Assembly (NCBI GenBank): GCA_038087875.1
Contig: CM076001.1
Coordinates: 1,736,001 to 1,800,000 of the forward strand
Reading direction: 5' to 3'
Source of the DNA: Malacoraja senta
Lineage: Eukaryota
Length of the DNA stretch: 64,000 nucleotides
The translations under genes were made by a program, and so were the position numbers. This document shows positions 12,419 to 25,329 of this stretch, piece by piece. Position 1 is the first letter of the stretch. The number at the start of each line of letters is the position of its first letter. The notes under the pieces were generated by a model, which saw nothing but the letters and a program-made list of their open reading frames with translations, was not told the origin of the DNA and did not search any database.

Positions 12419-12486
12419 CGGCTGTGACATTCACCATCGTCCCCGTCCCATCCTGATAGTAAGTGTCCCATGCCTTCCCATTGCCA
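12419..12486 (-). CDS. Cassette A: pre-joined NAR-type D-J segment
   Basis: TGGCAATGGG (identical to the 5' end of the free D at 55268-55282) + AAGGCA + J (WDTYYQDGTGTMVNVTA), donor G|GTAAGT; no RSS or spacer between D and J. Confidence 0.88.
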
Positions 12487-12514
12487 CACGTTGTTTCACG
12501 TCACTTCCAAATCC
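12487..12514 (-). other. Degenerate 12-RSS 5' of the cassette A D-J
   Basis: Plus strand CACGTTG, 12 nt, TCCAAATCC; homologous to the 5' D signal at 55283-55311; both heptamer and nonamer are non-canonical. Confidence 0.55.
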
Positions 12515-12829
12515 CCAGGCGCCCGGCGAGACGGGCGGGTAGGAGATTGACGTAAAGCGACTGCATTTTTGAGATTGCAGTTTCTGTAACTAGATCCCGT
12601 CTGGAGTTGTGTATTAGAAGATTGGTGAGTCATTCTCGATGGCAGTTCATTTACATCATTTTCGGTAAAGGGGGCATTATCCAGCCGCACTCGCCAAATA
12701 GGGAAACCCCATTGTTTGAATCGCACGGATTTCATCCGGTGCAACCCAGAATGCAGGGCAGGGCGGGGCCGTGGGTTACCCGGTGGATTCACCTCGCGTC
12801 TTCACGTCGCTACTAGAATCTGCAGTCAG

Positions 12830-12867
12830 GGTTTTTGTACTGCTGGAACCGCAGGCCCATCACTGTG
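12830..12867 (-). other. RSS (22-nt spacer) of cassette A NAR V
   Basis: CACAGTG, 22 nt, ACAAAAACC; perfect heptamer and nonamer. Confidence 0.93.
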
Positions 12868-13357
12868 CTTATTCCACTTGTACTCAGCTTGACAGTAATA
12901 TGTGGCCATGTCCTCAACTCTCAAACCAAAAAATTTCAACGAAAAGGTCTTCTTCGCTTTTTTGAACCACACAACAAACCGTCCACCTGGTGTGACCCGC
13001 TGCCATTCTGCACCGGAGTGTGCATGCTTGAAGAAATGTCCAGCCTGAAATCTGTAACTTCCCCAGAAATGAACTTGGAAAAGGCAGTTGATGGTGACGG
13101 ACTCACACTCTTTTCCAGTCACCGCATTCGGGCTCTGGGTCACTGACTGACTGAAGGTGTCTGTAGATTAAACACAGGGAGAGGTGAGTGGGAATTCGAG
13201 GCGAACCACGGAAGAAGGATAAATCGCGGACAGAGTTGGAAATTCAGGTCGGAGTGGACTCGAGTTGTTTTATGTTAAACCCGCACTGTGTGGGAGTAGG
13301 GGTCCGGTACTCACGGCGTAAGCAGAATGACAGTACAAAAAACAGGAGGATTCCCAT
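12868..13357 (-). CDS. Cassette A: NAR-TCR V gene, unrearranged V (leader 13315-13357, V exon 12868-13160)
   Basis: Leader MGILLFFVLSFCLR with donor C|GTGAGT, 154-bp intron, acceptor ctacag; IgNAR-like V with a short CDR2 region, two canonical Cys and an extra FR1 Cys (TGKEC); open frame to AEYKWNK. Confidence 0.88.
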
Positions 13358-13382
13358 CGCGCGTTCTCCGGGAATAAATGGT

Positions 13383-13390
13383 TTACGTGA
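13383..13390. promoter_or_regulatory. Conserved ACGT-core (CRE/ATF-like) motif ~26 bp upstream of the NAR V start codon
   Basis: TTACGTGA is present at the same place upstream of A, B (~35407), E (~56186) and F (~58351) but not D; further TGACG half-sites lie ~250 bp upstream. Function is inferred only. Confidence 0.35.
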
Positions 13391-14379
13391 CGAGTTGCTG
13401 GAGCACACGTTCCCCGACAGCTCCTGCAGCCTATCCCTGAGAACTGAGCGGGAACCTCAGCTGGTCTGTTCGTTCCGGTGAGGGCGTTGACCTGACAATC
13501 GATGTGCGAGGAGAGTGAGAGTTTGAGAAGGGGATTGTTAAACCTGCTGATTTATTTGGTAGCCCGGACTAAGATGTGCAATATTCGACGTGGCTCTGAC
13601 GTTTCCAGTAGACCATCTGAATCATTCAGGCAACTGGAGATATGGGGGCAGTAGATAGGGTGAACGCACGGTCACCTCAACCATCGGTCAGAAGATATAG
13701 AAGTGTGTAAACTCACACCACCAGATTCAGGGAGAGATACTTCCCAGCGGTTATCAGGCAACTGAACCATCCTAACACAACTAGAGAGCAGTCCTGCACT
13801 ATCTATCTCATGGTTGGTCCTCGGATGAACCTTATCGGATTTTGGTGGCTTTATCTTGCACATAACTTTATTCCCTTATCGTGTATCTGTACACTGTGAA
13901 TGGCTCGATTGTTACCATGTATTGTCTCTCCGCTGACTGGTTAGTACATAACAAACGTTTATCTCTGTACCTTGTTATACGTGACAATAAACTAAACTGA
14001 ACGGATGGCGGAGGTGTTTTGTCACCAGAAGCTGTCGCTCCCCTGTGCAACTCCGCAATAATGCAGGAAGACCAGTCAAGGTATGTTTGTTTGTTTGTTT
14101 GAAGAGAGGATGCACGGCCAAAGGTAATGGGAATTGCTGCACCGCGGCTTATAGGATCGACGACAGTCGGGCTGGGTACCGGGATCCCTCCGAATGTCAA
14201 CGAGCCGGTGAAAGGGAACGCACAGATTGCAATTAATGCATTCACCTGCAGGGATGGAGAAACATAGAAACATAGAAAATAGGTGTAGGAGTAAGCCATT
14301 CTTCGATAAAGCACCGCGGTTCAATATGATCAAGGCAGGTCTGCAGGTGAGGTGCGGTAGCACTGTTGGTGAGGGGTGA

Positions 14380-17300
14380 AATTCAGTCCCTTGCGAGGGT
14401 TAACAGAGGGACTGACGATGTAAAGTCGCTGTGGATAGAATTGAGGAATTGTAAAGGTAAGACGACAATGGGAGTTATCTGCAGGCTCCCAAACAGTGGC
14501 CTGGATATAGGGTGCAAGTTGCAGCAGGAGTAAAAATTGTCATGTAACAAATGTAATGCCTCTGGTTTTAGGGAGATTTCAAAATGCAGGTAGACTGGGA
14601 AAATCAGGTTGGTTCTGGAACCCAAGAAAGGGAGTTTGTAGAGTGCATCTGAGATGGATTCTTAAAGCAGATTGTATTGGAGCCTACCAGAGAGAAGGCA
14701 ATTCTGGATTTAGTGTTGTCTAAGAACTAGATTTAGTAAGGGAACTCAAGGTAAAGGAACCGCTGGGAGGGAATGATCATAATATGATACGTTATTTATT
14801 ATTATTTTTTTTTTTAATTTTATTTTATTAGAAGTAAGTACATGAATATGGCACCAAGGTGCCTAATATATATTGACATGTTAGATTTTATGTACAGCTT
14901 CTTATATTTTTTATTTAATTAATGAAAAAGAAAAAGAGAGAATAGATAATAAAAGATAGAAAAACGTGTGATATTTAGTGTGTGAAAAGGAAAAAAGGGT
15001 GAAAGAAGAAAAGTGAAGAAAAGAAGCTAAAAAGAGAAAGAGTAGAAAGTAAGAGATTAAGGAGATCGTTATGTATATACTTGACCATCCCTCACCCAGT
15101 CCTGAAACAGTTAGCTTCTTAATATGATAAGTTTTAATGTGCAATTTGAGAGGGAGAAGATTAAATCAGAAGTGCAGTGTTGCAGTTGATCAAAGGGGAC
15201 GATGACGGCATGAGAGAAGAGCCCCGATGTCAGGATAACAATCGACCATTTTCCAAGGTCGATTGGAAAATGATCCTAGCAGGAATGACGGAGGAACAGC
15301 AATGGCAGGAATTTCTGGGTAAAATGCGGAAGCTGCAGGATAATTTCATACCAAGGATGAAGAAAGACTCTAAGGGGAGTAAGAGTGAACCGTGGCTGAC
15401 AAGCGATCCCCGGTAAGCTATCGCCCGCTCCGCGATGGAATCCTGTGCTGCGGCGCTTTTGAAGCTCTGGCCGGTGTCCGGCAGGAAAGGCCGCGCCAAT
15501 CTAGATGGTAGGCCGCGAGGGGGGTGGGGGTGATGGGGGGGTGAAGATGCGAATCGGTGAAAGACGCATCATCGAACAGGTAGTGACTGGGAAACGGTTT
15601 CCCTTCTTCCCCCTCCCCGCACCTCACCTAAAAAGACGAAATAACCTCCAGGACACACTTTTTCACAGACTAAAATAACAAAAAGAATGAAAGGACGGAC
15701 AGACAACTGGCGAGGCGGCCGCGCGCGGCGCCATCTGATGACGATAGATGGGGAAGAAGGGATTATTATGGGGAACAAGGAAATGGCAGAAGACTTGAAC
15801 AGGTACTTCTGGTTTTGTCTTCGCTAAGGAAGAGGCAACATAGTCTCACATGCACTAGAGTACAGAGGATCTCGAGAAAACGGGAAATTATGGACCAGTT
15901 AGCCCGACATCGGACCTAGGTAAGATGGCGGAGTCAATTATTAACGAAGTAATATCGGCGTATTTGGATAGCATTTGAAGGTTTGGTCCAAGTCAACATG
16001 GATTTATGAAATGCTGCTTGACTAAGCTTCTGGAATGTCTTGAGAATGTGACAATTATAATTGATGAAGGAGGTCCCTGTCAGAATGGCAGGCAGTGGAG
16101 ATTGGAGTGCCGCAACGCTCGGTGCAGGGACCGCACATCTTCACAAAATATATCAATGATTTAGATGATGGAATTAAAAGAAACACGAGCAAATTTTCAG
16201 AAGACACCAAGTTTGGTGGCATTATGAACTGCGATGAGGATGCTAGGTGGTTGCAGGATGACCGGGACTGGTTGAGTGAGTGGGCAGATACATGGCAGAA
16301 GCGGTATAATGTAGTTAATGTGATGTTATCCACTTTGACGGCAAGAAAATGGAAGCAGATTATAATCTCAATGGTGTCAGATTGGGGAAAAGGGAATGTG
16401 CAACGAGACCTGGGTGTCCTTGTGACATTGAAACAGGAGATGTGGAGTCCGTATGGATAGAACTAAAGAACTAAAGAATTGTAAGATACTAGTGGGAGTT
16501 ATCTACATACCCCCAAATGGTAGCCTGGCCATAGGGTGCAAGTTGAATCAGGCATGTAGCAAAGGTAATGCTGTGCTTGTTATGGGAGATGTCAACGGTA
16601 GGTAGACTGGGAAAATCAGGTTGGTACTGGACCCCAAGAAAGGGACTTTGTATAATGCCTTCGTGATGGATTCTTAGAGCAGCTTGTATTGGAGATTATC
16701 AGGGAGAAGGCAATTCTGCATTTATTGTTATGTAATCAATCGGATTTGATAAAGGAACGTGAGGTTAATGAGCCATTAGGAGGTAGTAACCATAATGTGG
16801 TCAGGTTTAATCTACAATTGGAGAGGGAGAAGGGTAGATCTGTGGTGTCAGTGCTACAGTTGAATAAAGGGGCCCATGGGGCCATGAGGTAGAAGAAGGC
16901 CAACGTTGACTGGAAAGATACCCTAGCAGGGATGACAGTGGAACAACAATGGCAGGTATTTCTAAGAATAATACAAAAGGATCAGGATCAGTTCATTCCT
17001 TGTAGGAAGAAAGATTCCAAGGGGAGTAAGGGGCGACCGTGGCTGACAAGGAACATCAGGGACAATATAAAAGTAAAAGAGAAAAAGTACAACGAAGCAT
17101 AGATGAGCGGGAAGCAAGAGGATAGGTAATGTTTTAAGAACAACAGAAGATTACCAAAAAGACAATACGGGGAGAAAAGATGAGGTACGAACGTAAGCTA
17201 GCCAAGAATATAAAGGACTATAGTAAAAACGTCTTTAGGTAGGTGAAGAGGAAATAATAGCTGAGATCAAAATTGGACACTTGAAGACCGAAACAGGTGA

Positions 17301-19050
17301 ATTTATTATGGGGAACAAGGAAATGGCAGATGAGTTGAACAGGTACTTTGGATCCGTCTAGACTAACGAGGACACAAACATATATACCACTCCTGATATA
17401 GTAGTGGCCAGAGGATCCGGGGTGACGGAGGAACTGAAGGAAATCCACATTAGGCAGGACATTTTACTGGGTAGACTGATGGGACTGAAGGCTGATACAT
17501 CCCCAGGGCCTGATGGTCTGCATTCCAGAGTACTTAAGGAAGTGGCTCTGAAAACCGTGGATGCATTGGTAATAATTTTACAATGTTCTATAGACTCAGG
17601 ATCAGTTCCTATGGATTGGAGGGTAGCTAATGTTATCCCACTTTTTAAGAAAGGCGGGAGAGTGAAAACAGGTAATTATAGACCAGTTAAACTGACATCC
17701 GTGGTGGGGAAGATGCTGGAGTCAATTATAAAAGATGAAATAACCGCACATTTGTATAGCAGTAACAGGATCGGTCCGAGTTAGCATGGATTTGCGATGG
17801 AGAAATCATGCTTGACTAATCTTCTGGAATGTTTTATGGATGTAACTAGCAAAATGGACAAGGTAGTGTCAGTGGATGTAGTGTACCTGGACGTTCAGAA
17901 ACCATTTGAGACGGTCCCACATAGGAAGGTTAGTGGGCAAAATTGGGGCACATGGTATTGGGGGTAGAGTGCTGACATGGATAAAAAATTGGTTGGCAGA
18001 CAGGAAACAAAGAGTTTGGAATAACGGGTCAATTTCAGAATGGCAGGCAGTGACTAGTGGGGTACCGCAAGTCACGATGCTGAGACCACAGCTATTTACA
18101 ATATACATCAATGATTTGGATGAAGGAATTCAAAGTAACTTTAGCAAATTTGCAGATGACATAAATCTGGGTGGCAGTGTGGACTGTGAGGAGGATGTTA
18201 TGAGAATGCAGGGTGACTTGTACCGGTTGAGGGAGTGGGCAGATGCATGGCAGAGAAAAAGTTTAATGTGAATAATGTGAGGTTATCCACTTTTTAATAT
18301 CAAAACGCAGATTACTATCGTCAAGTTGGGAAAAGGGGAAGTACAACGGGATCTGGAGGTCCTTGCTCATCAGTCTATGAAAATAAGCATGCAGGTACAG
18401 CAGGCAGTGAACAAAGCGAATGGCATGTTGGCCTTTATAACAAGAGGAGTCGAGTACAGGAGAAAAGAGATCCTTCTGCAGTTGTACAGAGCCCTTGTGA
18501 GACCTGGAGTATTGTGTGCAGTTTTGGTACCCTAATTTGAGAAGGCCATTCTTGCTATTGAGGGAGTGCAGCGTAGGTTTACAAGGTTAATTCCCGGGAT
18601 GGCGGGACTGTCATATGCTGAGAGAATGGAGCGGTTGGGCTTGTACACTCTGGAGTTTGGAAGGATGAGAGGCAATCTTATTGAAACATCTAACATTGTT
18701 AAGGATTTGGACACGCTAGAGGCAGGAAACATGTTCCCGATGTTGGGGGAGTCCAGAACCAGGGGGGACAGTTTAATAATAAGGGGTAGGCCATTTATAA
18801 CCGAGACGAGGAAACATGTTTTCTCACTGAGAGTTGTGAGTCTATGGTGCGGTGGAGGCCGAGTTCACTGGCTACTTTCAAGAGAGAGCTAGATAGGGCT
18901 CTTAAAGATAGCGGAGTCACGGCTTTCGGGGGAGAAGGCAGGAACGGGGTACTGATTGGGGATGATCAGCCATGATCACATTGAATGGCGGTGCTGGCTC
19001 GAAGGGCCGAATGGCCTACACCTATTGTCTATTGTCTATTGTCTATTGTG
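14380..19050 (+). mobile_element. Cluster of degenerate CR1 LINE pieces with nested short insertions
   Basis: Broken ORFs with EN and RT motifs (SPGPDG, YRPVKLTSVVGKMLE, GVPQ, FADD); CR1 3' tail near 19020; includes a ~330-bp poly(T)-headed insertion at ~14790-15120 with a duplicated flank AATATGATA(A/C)GTT. Confidence 0.8.
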
Positions 19051-20393
19051 TATTGCTCACTCGTAAGGGCCATATAGCCGCCCCTGCACATATTTTCCAT
19101 GTTTCGATGTTTCTATTTAAAATCAGTACCCCGTTCCTGCTTTATCCCTATATCCCTTGTTCGTTTCGCACTAAGAACTACATCTAACTCTCTCGTGATA
19201 TCTTCCAGTGAATTGGCCTCCACTGCCTTATGTGGTAGAGCATTCCACAGATTCACAATTCTCTGGGTGAAACAGACTTTCCTCATCTCAGTCATAAGTG
19301 GTTTTGGGCACTTGTGAGACCGCATTTGTGAGCGATTTTGGTCTTCTAATTTGTGGAAGGACATGAGTACTATTGAGGAAGTGCAGCGTCGGTTCTCGAG
19401 GTTAATTTCCGCGATGGCGGGACTGATATATGATGAAAGAATGGGTTGAGAGTGCTTGTATTCACTGGCATTTTGAAGGATGATAGGGAATCTTATAGAA
19501 ACATATAAAATTCTTAAAGGGTTGGATAGGCTAGATGCAGGAAACATGTTCCCGATGTTGTGGGAGTCCAGAACAAGGAGTCAAGGTTAGAGAATAAATG
19601 TTGGCCACTTAGGGCAGAGATGAGGGAAAATCTCTTTCACCCAGAGTTGTAAATCTGTTGAATTCTCTGCCACAGAATAGAGTGGAGGACAGTTCACTGA
19701 ATGTTTCGAGGGAGAGTTAGATTTAGCTCTTGGGACTAAAGGAATCAAAGGATATGGGATAAAAACAGGAACGAGGTACTGATTTTATATGATGAGCCAT
19801 GATGACATTGAATGGCGGTGCTGGCTCGAAGGACCGAATGGCCTACTCCTGCATCGCATGTTCTGTTTCTATGCTTCTAAATGGCCTACCACTTATTCGT
19901 AAACTGCGACATCTGTTTCTGGACTCCCTCAATATCCGGAACATTTCTGCTGCATCTAGCCGATACAATAATCCTGCTATTGTGGGAATGCAGCGTTGGT
20001 CAACAAGGTTAATTCACGGGATGGCGAGGCAGTCATATGATGAGAGAATGGGGAGGCTGGCTTGTATTGTCTGAAATTCAGAAGGATGAGAGGATGTCTT
20101 ATTGAAACATATACGATTATTAACGGTTTGGACACGCTAGAGGGACGAACCATGTTCCCGATGTTGGGGGAGTCCAGAAACAGGGGCCACAGTTTAAGAA
20201 TAAGGTGATCTGAGTATTACATGGAAAACAGTAGATGTTTGTTCAGAAGCGTGTAAGTAATGTCCACAGGGATGTAATCTCGTTGCCTGTTTTTCCATTT
20301 GAATACTTTATAAATATGCCAGACATGTGTTTGTTTCGCTGACAACCGCTGAGCGACAGCACAAGGAATGATCGCCTGGACCGTCGCATCACA

Positions 20394-23005
20394 ATGCATT
20401 ATGGTGAGATCGCGGATATAGAAAATGTGTATTACCCGATTCTGGCAGCAATCGGTATACCAGGTAAGTGACTCTCGTTACATCTCATGGAACTAACAAA
20501 GACTGTTTGAAAAGCGCAGAATATTAAAGGTTAAGAGAACATACCGAATAACCTAGCAGGGGATAGGGCGGCACGGTGGCGCAGCGCTAGACCAACTGTC
20601 TCACAGCGCTTGTCAGTACGTTCTCCCCGTAACCTTCTGAGATCTTCGGTTTCCTCCCACGCGCTATAAACGTAAAATAATTTGTCCCTTGTAGGCTGTT
20701 GTTAGTGTGCGTAATCGGTGCGGATTAGGTGGGCGGTAGTCCTGTTTTCGGGCTGTATCCCTAAACTAAAATAAACTAAGCAATGTACATCTTATTAGCG
20801 AGGAAGCACGTTGGTATATTTGATGGATGCCGCTCATTGACGCTGGCAGGAATGTAGCCTTCACGGCTTTTTACTGAAATCGATGCCGGTAGGTGAAGCG
20901 AACTTCTTCCTCGTTGTGAGTCACAGTTTCTGTTCCAATGTGCGTGCTGCACTCGGCAGAACGAGAAATACACCCCGGTCAGTAATTTGGCAATGCATTT
21001 TCTGTATCGGTCTTAAATTTTCATAGGGATTATTTAGCAGAGACAGATTTGAAGGTCGTACGTACAACGTACTCCACAAAAACGGAGTACAAATAAAAAC
21101 AAATACAAGTGCAGCGATCTTGCAGTGGAACCAAATAACTGGTTAACTCAGCCAGTCTTGCAGCAGCTCTGGGAGAACCGACGCAGTCGACGTATCGGTT
21201 TGGAATCATTCTTCCGATCACAGTCTGAAGAAGGGGCTCGACCTGATACGTTGCCTATCTATGTCCCCCAAAGAAATTGATTCCGCCACTGAGATACTCC
21301 AGCACCTTTTCTTGTCAGGTACAGTATGGAGGCCCGCCCTCTGTTCCGCAGAAAATACTTGCCCGGTATGTTGTTAGCCGTGTTTGTGAAGGATGTTTGT
21401 AATTGTATTTGCTGAGCTTCACTGAATCCCTTTCCTTGGCCTCATGTTCGGAGATGCATTCTCGAAGGCCAAATGGAAAACAGACCGCGTTAATCCAGAC
21501 CACGATTGACTCAATGCCACGATGCAAAAGTTGCTCACGTCTCAGCAATAAAAACGACACGGCGCATTTGAAACTCCCGTTATAAAAATGAAATCACATA
21601 TTTGATATTGGGAGGATCCTCTCTTAATTCTTATTTGATAGACTGAACTTTGGATTGTTAATTTCATTTTTTAGAGTCACTGATTGACCTGTTGAAAATA
21701 TTCTATATTTTACATCAACATCAAACGATTGTCATAATGTTGTGAAGATTAGTACAAAAGGCAACCCCGCTAATTTTGGTAAATGGGATTTTATTCATTT
21801 GCAGATTAAATTTCTGATTTCCAAAATCAGATTGCCGTTTGTACCAATATTTTCATCGTTATGTAATTATTATCTACATAAGGCAATCCCATTAATTTTG
21901 TTAATTAGGAATTAAAGAATTTACTGATTGAACATCTTTCTGGCAAACGTTGGACGGATGATTGTCCCAAATATTGATTAATTAAATAAATAATCTCTAC
22001 TACTGGCGACACAGGTTTAAATTACTCCGTCTGCTCCCACCCACCTACCTGTACACCACACAGTTAATCATTTTCTGTTTTCATTCTTTCCCAGTGAATC
22101 TGGTGGCGATTGTGATCTTGTCCCGTGGCAAGTGCGGCCTCTCCAAGTGCATCACATGTTACATGGTAGCCATGGCGACCGCGGATTTCTCTGTGCTTCT
22201 CATTGACGTGATACTTCGTCGGATTGCTGATATTTATTTGTGGCATGGTTCCTTGCCCTACACTCCTGTGTGCAAAATAATAATCTTCCTGGCTCCCGTG
22301 GCGGTGGATTGTTCTGTATGGTTCACAGTCGCTTTCACATTTGATCGCTTTGTTGCGATTTCTACTCGGATTATGAAAGCCAAATATTGCACCGAGAGAA
22401 ACGCGTCGATTATTCTCCTGACAGTGACCCCATTCGTCTGCCTTCAGAACCTGCCTTTGCCCTTCGCATACGTTCCTTATACCCTAAATCTGGGCTGCGT
22501 CAAAAACACATATTTTTATATAGATCCTAAATGGATGGTGTTCTCTTGGACCGAACAGTTGTTCTCCCCGGTGATTCCATTCTGCATGATTTTGTTGTTT
22601 AACGCGCTCACCATCCGATGCATTTTCGTGGCCAGTCGGGTCCGCAAGAGCCTGCGAGACATCAGCGGTGGGGAGAAAAAGAAAGTTCAGGAGATGGTGA
22701 ACCGCAGACGGTCGGTCGTTTTACTTCTGGCAATCTCGAGCTCCTTCATCCTGCTCTGGGCCACTAGTGTCGGACATTTTATTGCGGTTCGAAGTTTGAG
22801 AATGTTTATGTACAAGGACTTTAGAAACCCTATGTTAGAATTGGAAAGGGTTGGTTATATGCTTCAGCTGCTGAGCTCCTGCACCAACACGGCCATTTAC
22901 ACCGTGACACAGAGCAAGTTCAGAGAGGAGCTGTTCCGTGTGCTAACACATCCGATCATTTGCACTGGAAAGATATTTAAATCGGTAAAGTGTAAGTTAA
23001 AATAA
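20394..23005 (+). CDS. Class A (rhodopsin-like) GPCR, GPR139/142-like chondrichthyan type, copy 1; exon 1 20394-20463, exon 2 22095-23005; ~326 aa
   Basis: Exon 1 MHYGEIADIENVYYPILAAIGIP ends G|GTAAGT; exon 2 follows ttcattctttcccag in matching phase; seven hydrophobic segments, DRF at the end of TM3, NTAIY in TM7; no stops. Subfamily assignment is from resemblance, not a search. Confidence 0.88.
20567..20780 (+). mobile_element. tRNA-derived SINE fragment (HE1-like) in the GPCR intron
   Basis: Head ggcggcacggtggcgcagcg, tail ctaaactaaa; paralog at ~40768-41010. Confidence 0.55.
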
Positions 23006-23022
23006 TATAACAAAACCGAGTG

Positions 23023-23128
23023 TACACAAAAATGCTGGAGAAACTGAGCGGGTGCAACAACATCTGCAGTTCCTTCTTACTCCATAGATGCTGCTGCACC
23101 CGCTGTGTTTCGCCAGCATTTTTGTGTA
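23023..23128. repeat. ~43-bp-arm inverted repeat just 3' of the GPCR stop codon
   Basis: tacacaaaaatgctggagaaactgagcgggtgcaacaacatct pairs with agatgctgctgcacccgctgtgtttcgccagcatttttgtgta; tandemly amplified in the paralog at 43237-43450. Confidence 0.7.
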
Positions 23129-24012
23129 CCTTCGATTTTCCAGCATCTGCAGTTCCTTCTTACTCCATAGATGCTACTGCACCCGCTTCATGCGTTGCTT
23201 TTTTGCAGGGCTTATGTGAAAAGACAGCATTTAATGTGTGGACATTGTATGTCCATTCGCCCTGTCGGGCACGCCCAGCTGCTTAGTAGGTTCATGGGCT
23301 CAATTGAGTCTCACCTCTTGTCCGTATTCCCATGTGCCCCGTTCAATCAATCAACTTCTGTGTTTTCACGAATATGAATACATATGCCTGGAACAATCGT
23401 TTTCAAGACGAGTGAAGATTTTCAGTTGAATATGTGCAACGTGTTGTATTTATGATTTCCTTTCATCATTGAAAAAACGTATCATTGCTCATTAACGAGG
23501 TTTTCGGTTTAAAGAAAATCTGCTGTTTTAGCAACGGATGATCTAGATTGCGTAAAGTTCCATACAGATACCGTGCTTAAAATACCTTATCTATGCGGAA
23601 AACCTCTATCGAAAGTAAAGCTGTAGGTGAGGAGTGCCAGGAATACAAAATCATGAGAGGAATATATCGGGTAGATGCACAGTCTTTTGCTCAGAGAATC
23701 GACCACCAGAAGACATAGGTTCAAGGAGAAGGGAAACATTCTATTAAATAATCCTAAATCCTAAATAATAGGAATCCGTGGGGAAAAAATTTCACACAAA
23801 GGGTAGTGAGTGTATGAAACAAGCCGCCACAGGAGGTAGTTGAGGCTAGTAATATCCCATCGTTTAAGAAACAATTAGACAGGTACAAGGATAGGAGAGA
23901 TTGGGAGGGTTATGGACCAAGGGCAGGCAAGTGGGACTAGTTTAGCTGGATATTGTTGGCCGGTGTGGCGAGTGGTGGAAGGTCCTGATACCACAATGTA
24001 TCACTCTATGAT

Positions 24013-24081
<69 letters not shown>

Positions 24082-25329
24082 GTGGCGCATTTGCCTCTAC
24101 GTTCTTCCGGTGGGCAAACATTTTAACACCACTTCCATTCCATATAAACCCTTCTGTCGTTGTCCCCCTCAACTGCCAGATCGAGGCCACGCAAAAAAAT
24201 GGGGGAACAGCAACTCGTATGTCGCATGTCTCCCTTTATCTCACCCTCTCCCCCAGTCTAGTCATCATACTAGTTGTACTGGTCGCATCTTTGTAGTGGT
24301 TTGTTATCACTTATTCCCCAGCCAACAATGGGCTAATTCCTTTCTTAGACATTTGTTTCCTTCCCTGCCTCGTTCTTGGCTACTCTTGCATCCAGTGGCC
24401 TCGCCCTACTTTCAAACTGAAGAAAGATCCTGACTAGAAACGTCATCTCTCCTTTTCCTCCAGAGATACTGCCTGCTGTTCATTTGCACTTAAGAGGCAG
24501 TAAGACGCATAATGTTCCCCTGCAAGATTGGGGCTGGTGGAGGGTTAACTTTGTATCTACCTATTTCTCCTCTTCCCTCGCAATCTGTGAAGAAAAGAAA
24601 ATATTCTGTCAATTACGAATTAAAATGAAGACATCTTGTTCTAAAAAAACCATTGCTCGTGCACTCTGTCGTTCACCAATGGCTAATAAATTAAGTGATA
24701 TTACACTCCTCCAGGTGTCCATATGTCAACTCTTCCAATGTTATCATGCAGCATCCCCTCACCGGGTCATGTTTAGCCGCGGTTTCCGTGAAATGTAAAT
24801 CTGAGCGGAATTATTCTGTGTGATGGGGAAAATTGTGAACCATATTTCTCTCCATTTAGTACGGATAATCGCAACGAAGACCATTGTACCTCTTCCTACT
24901 CGTGTGTTTCTTTGGATGCAGCAGCCTCCTTAGTCCAAATGGCTTGAATTCAGTTGCTAAAATCTTACCTTCTCCGCTGTTGTCCCCATTATGAGTATAT
25001 TGCATTTCCCATACAAATATTGATGATTCTCCCGATCAACTCAACATAGCCTTTCTATGTGGGATTTTGAAAATTTGCTGATCTCTCGTGAAACAAATTT
25101 GGAAGTTTCTTTCCAGCTAAATAAAGGTGAATGTTGTATGAATCTTTTATATTTGTTTTCAGCTCCACCCTGATTCCAAGGCTATTTCGCGCAGGTCTGA
25201 GGGGGAGCGTTCCCGTATCGATCGCATGTAAATCTCCGGAGCTTATGTCTCTCGTGTCTCATGGCCTTTGTGCAGCAGGTGCCGTGCTCGGACCACTGTC
25301 TGGTGTGAGTGGACTTTACCCTAGCGCGC

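Noticed and set aside
13284-13290. CACTGTG heptamer in the leader intron of A, B, D and F
   Set aside because: No nonamer at 12 or 23 nt spacing, and it is mutated in E; a cryptic heptamer only.
16055-19547. Numerous 60-140 aa ORFs in repeat regions as host genes
   Set aside because: They are broken CR1 EN/RT pieces or their antisense frames, repeated throughout the window.
24015-24080. 66-nt poly-G run giving poly-Gly and poly-Pro ORFs
   Set aside because: Absent from the paralog (~44300-44350), no coding context, and long G runs are a common sequencing artefact; not treated as a gene or a G-quadruplex finding.
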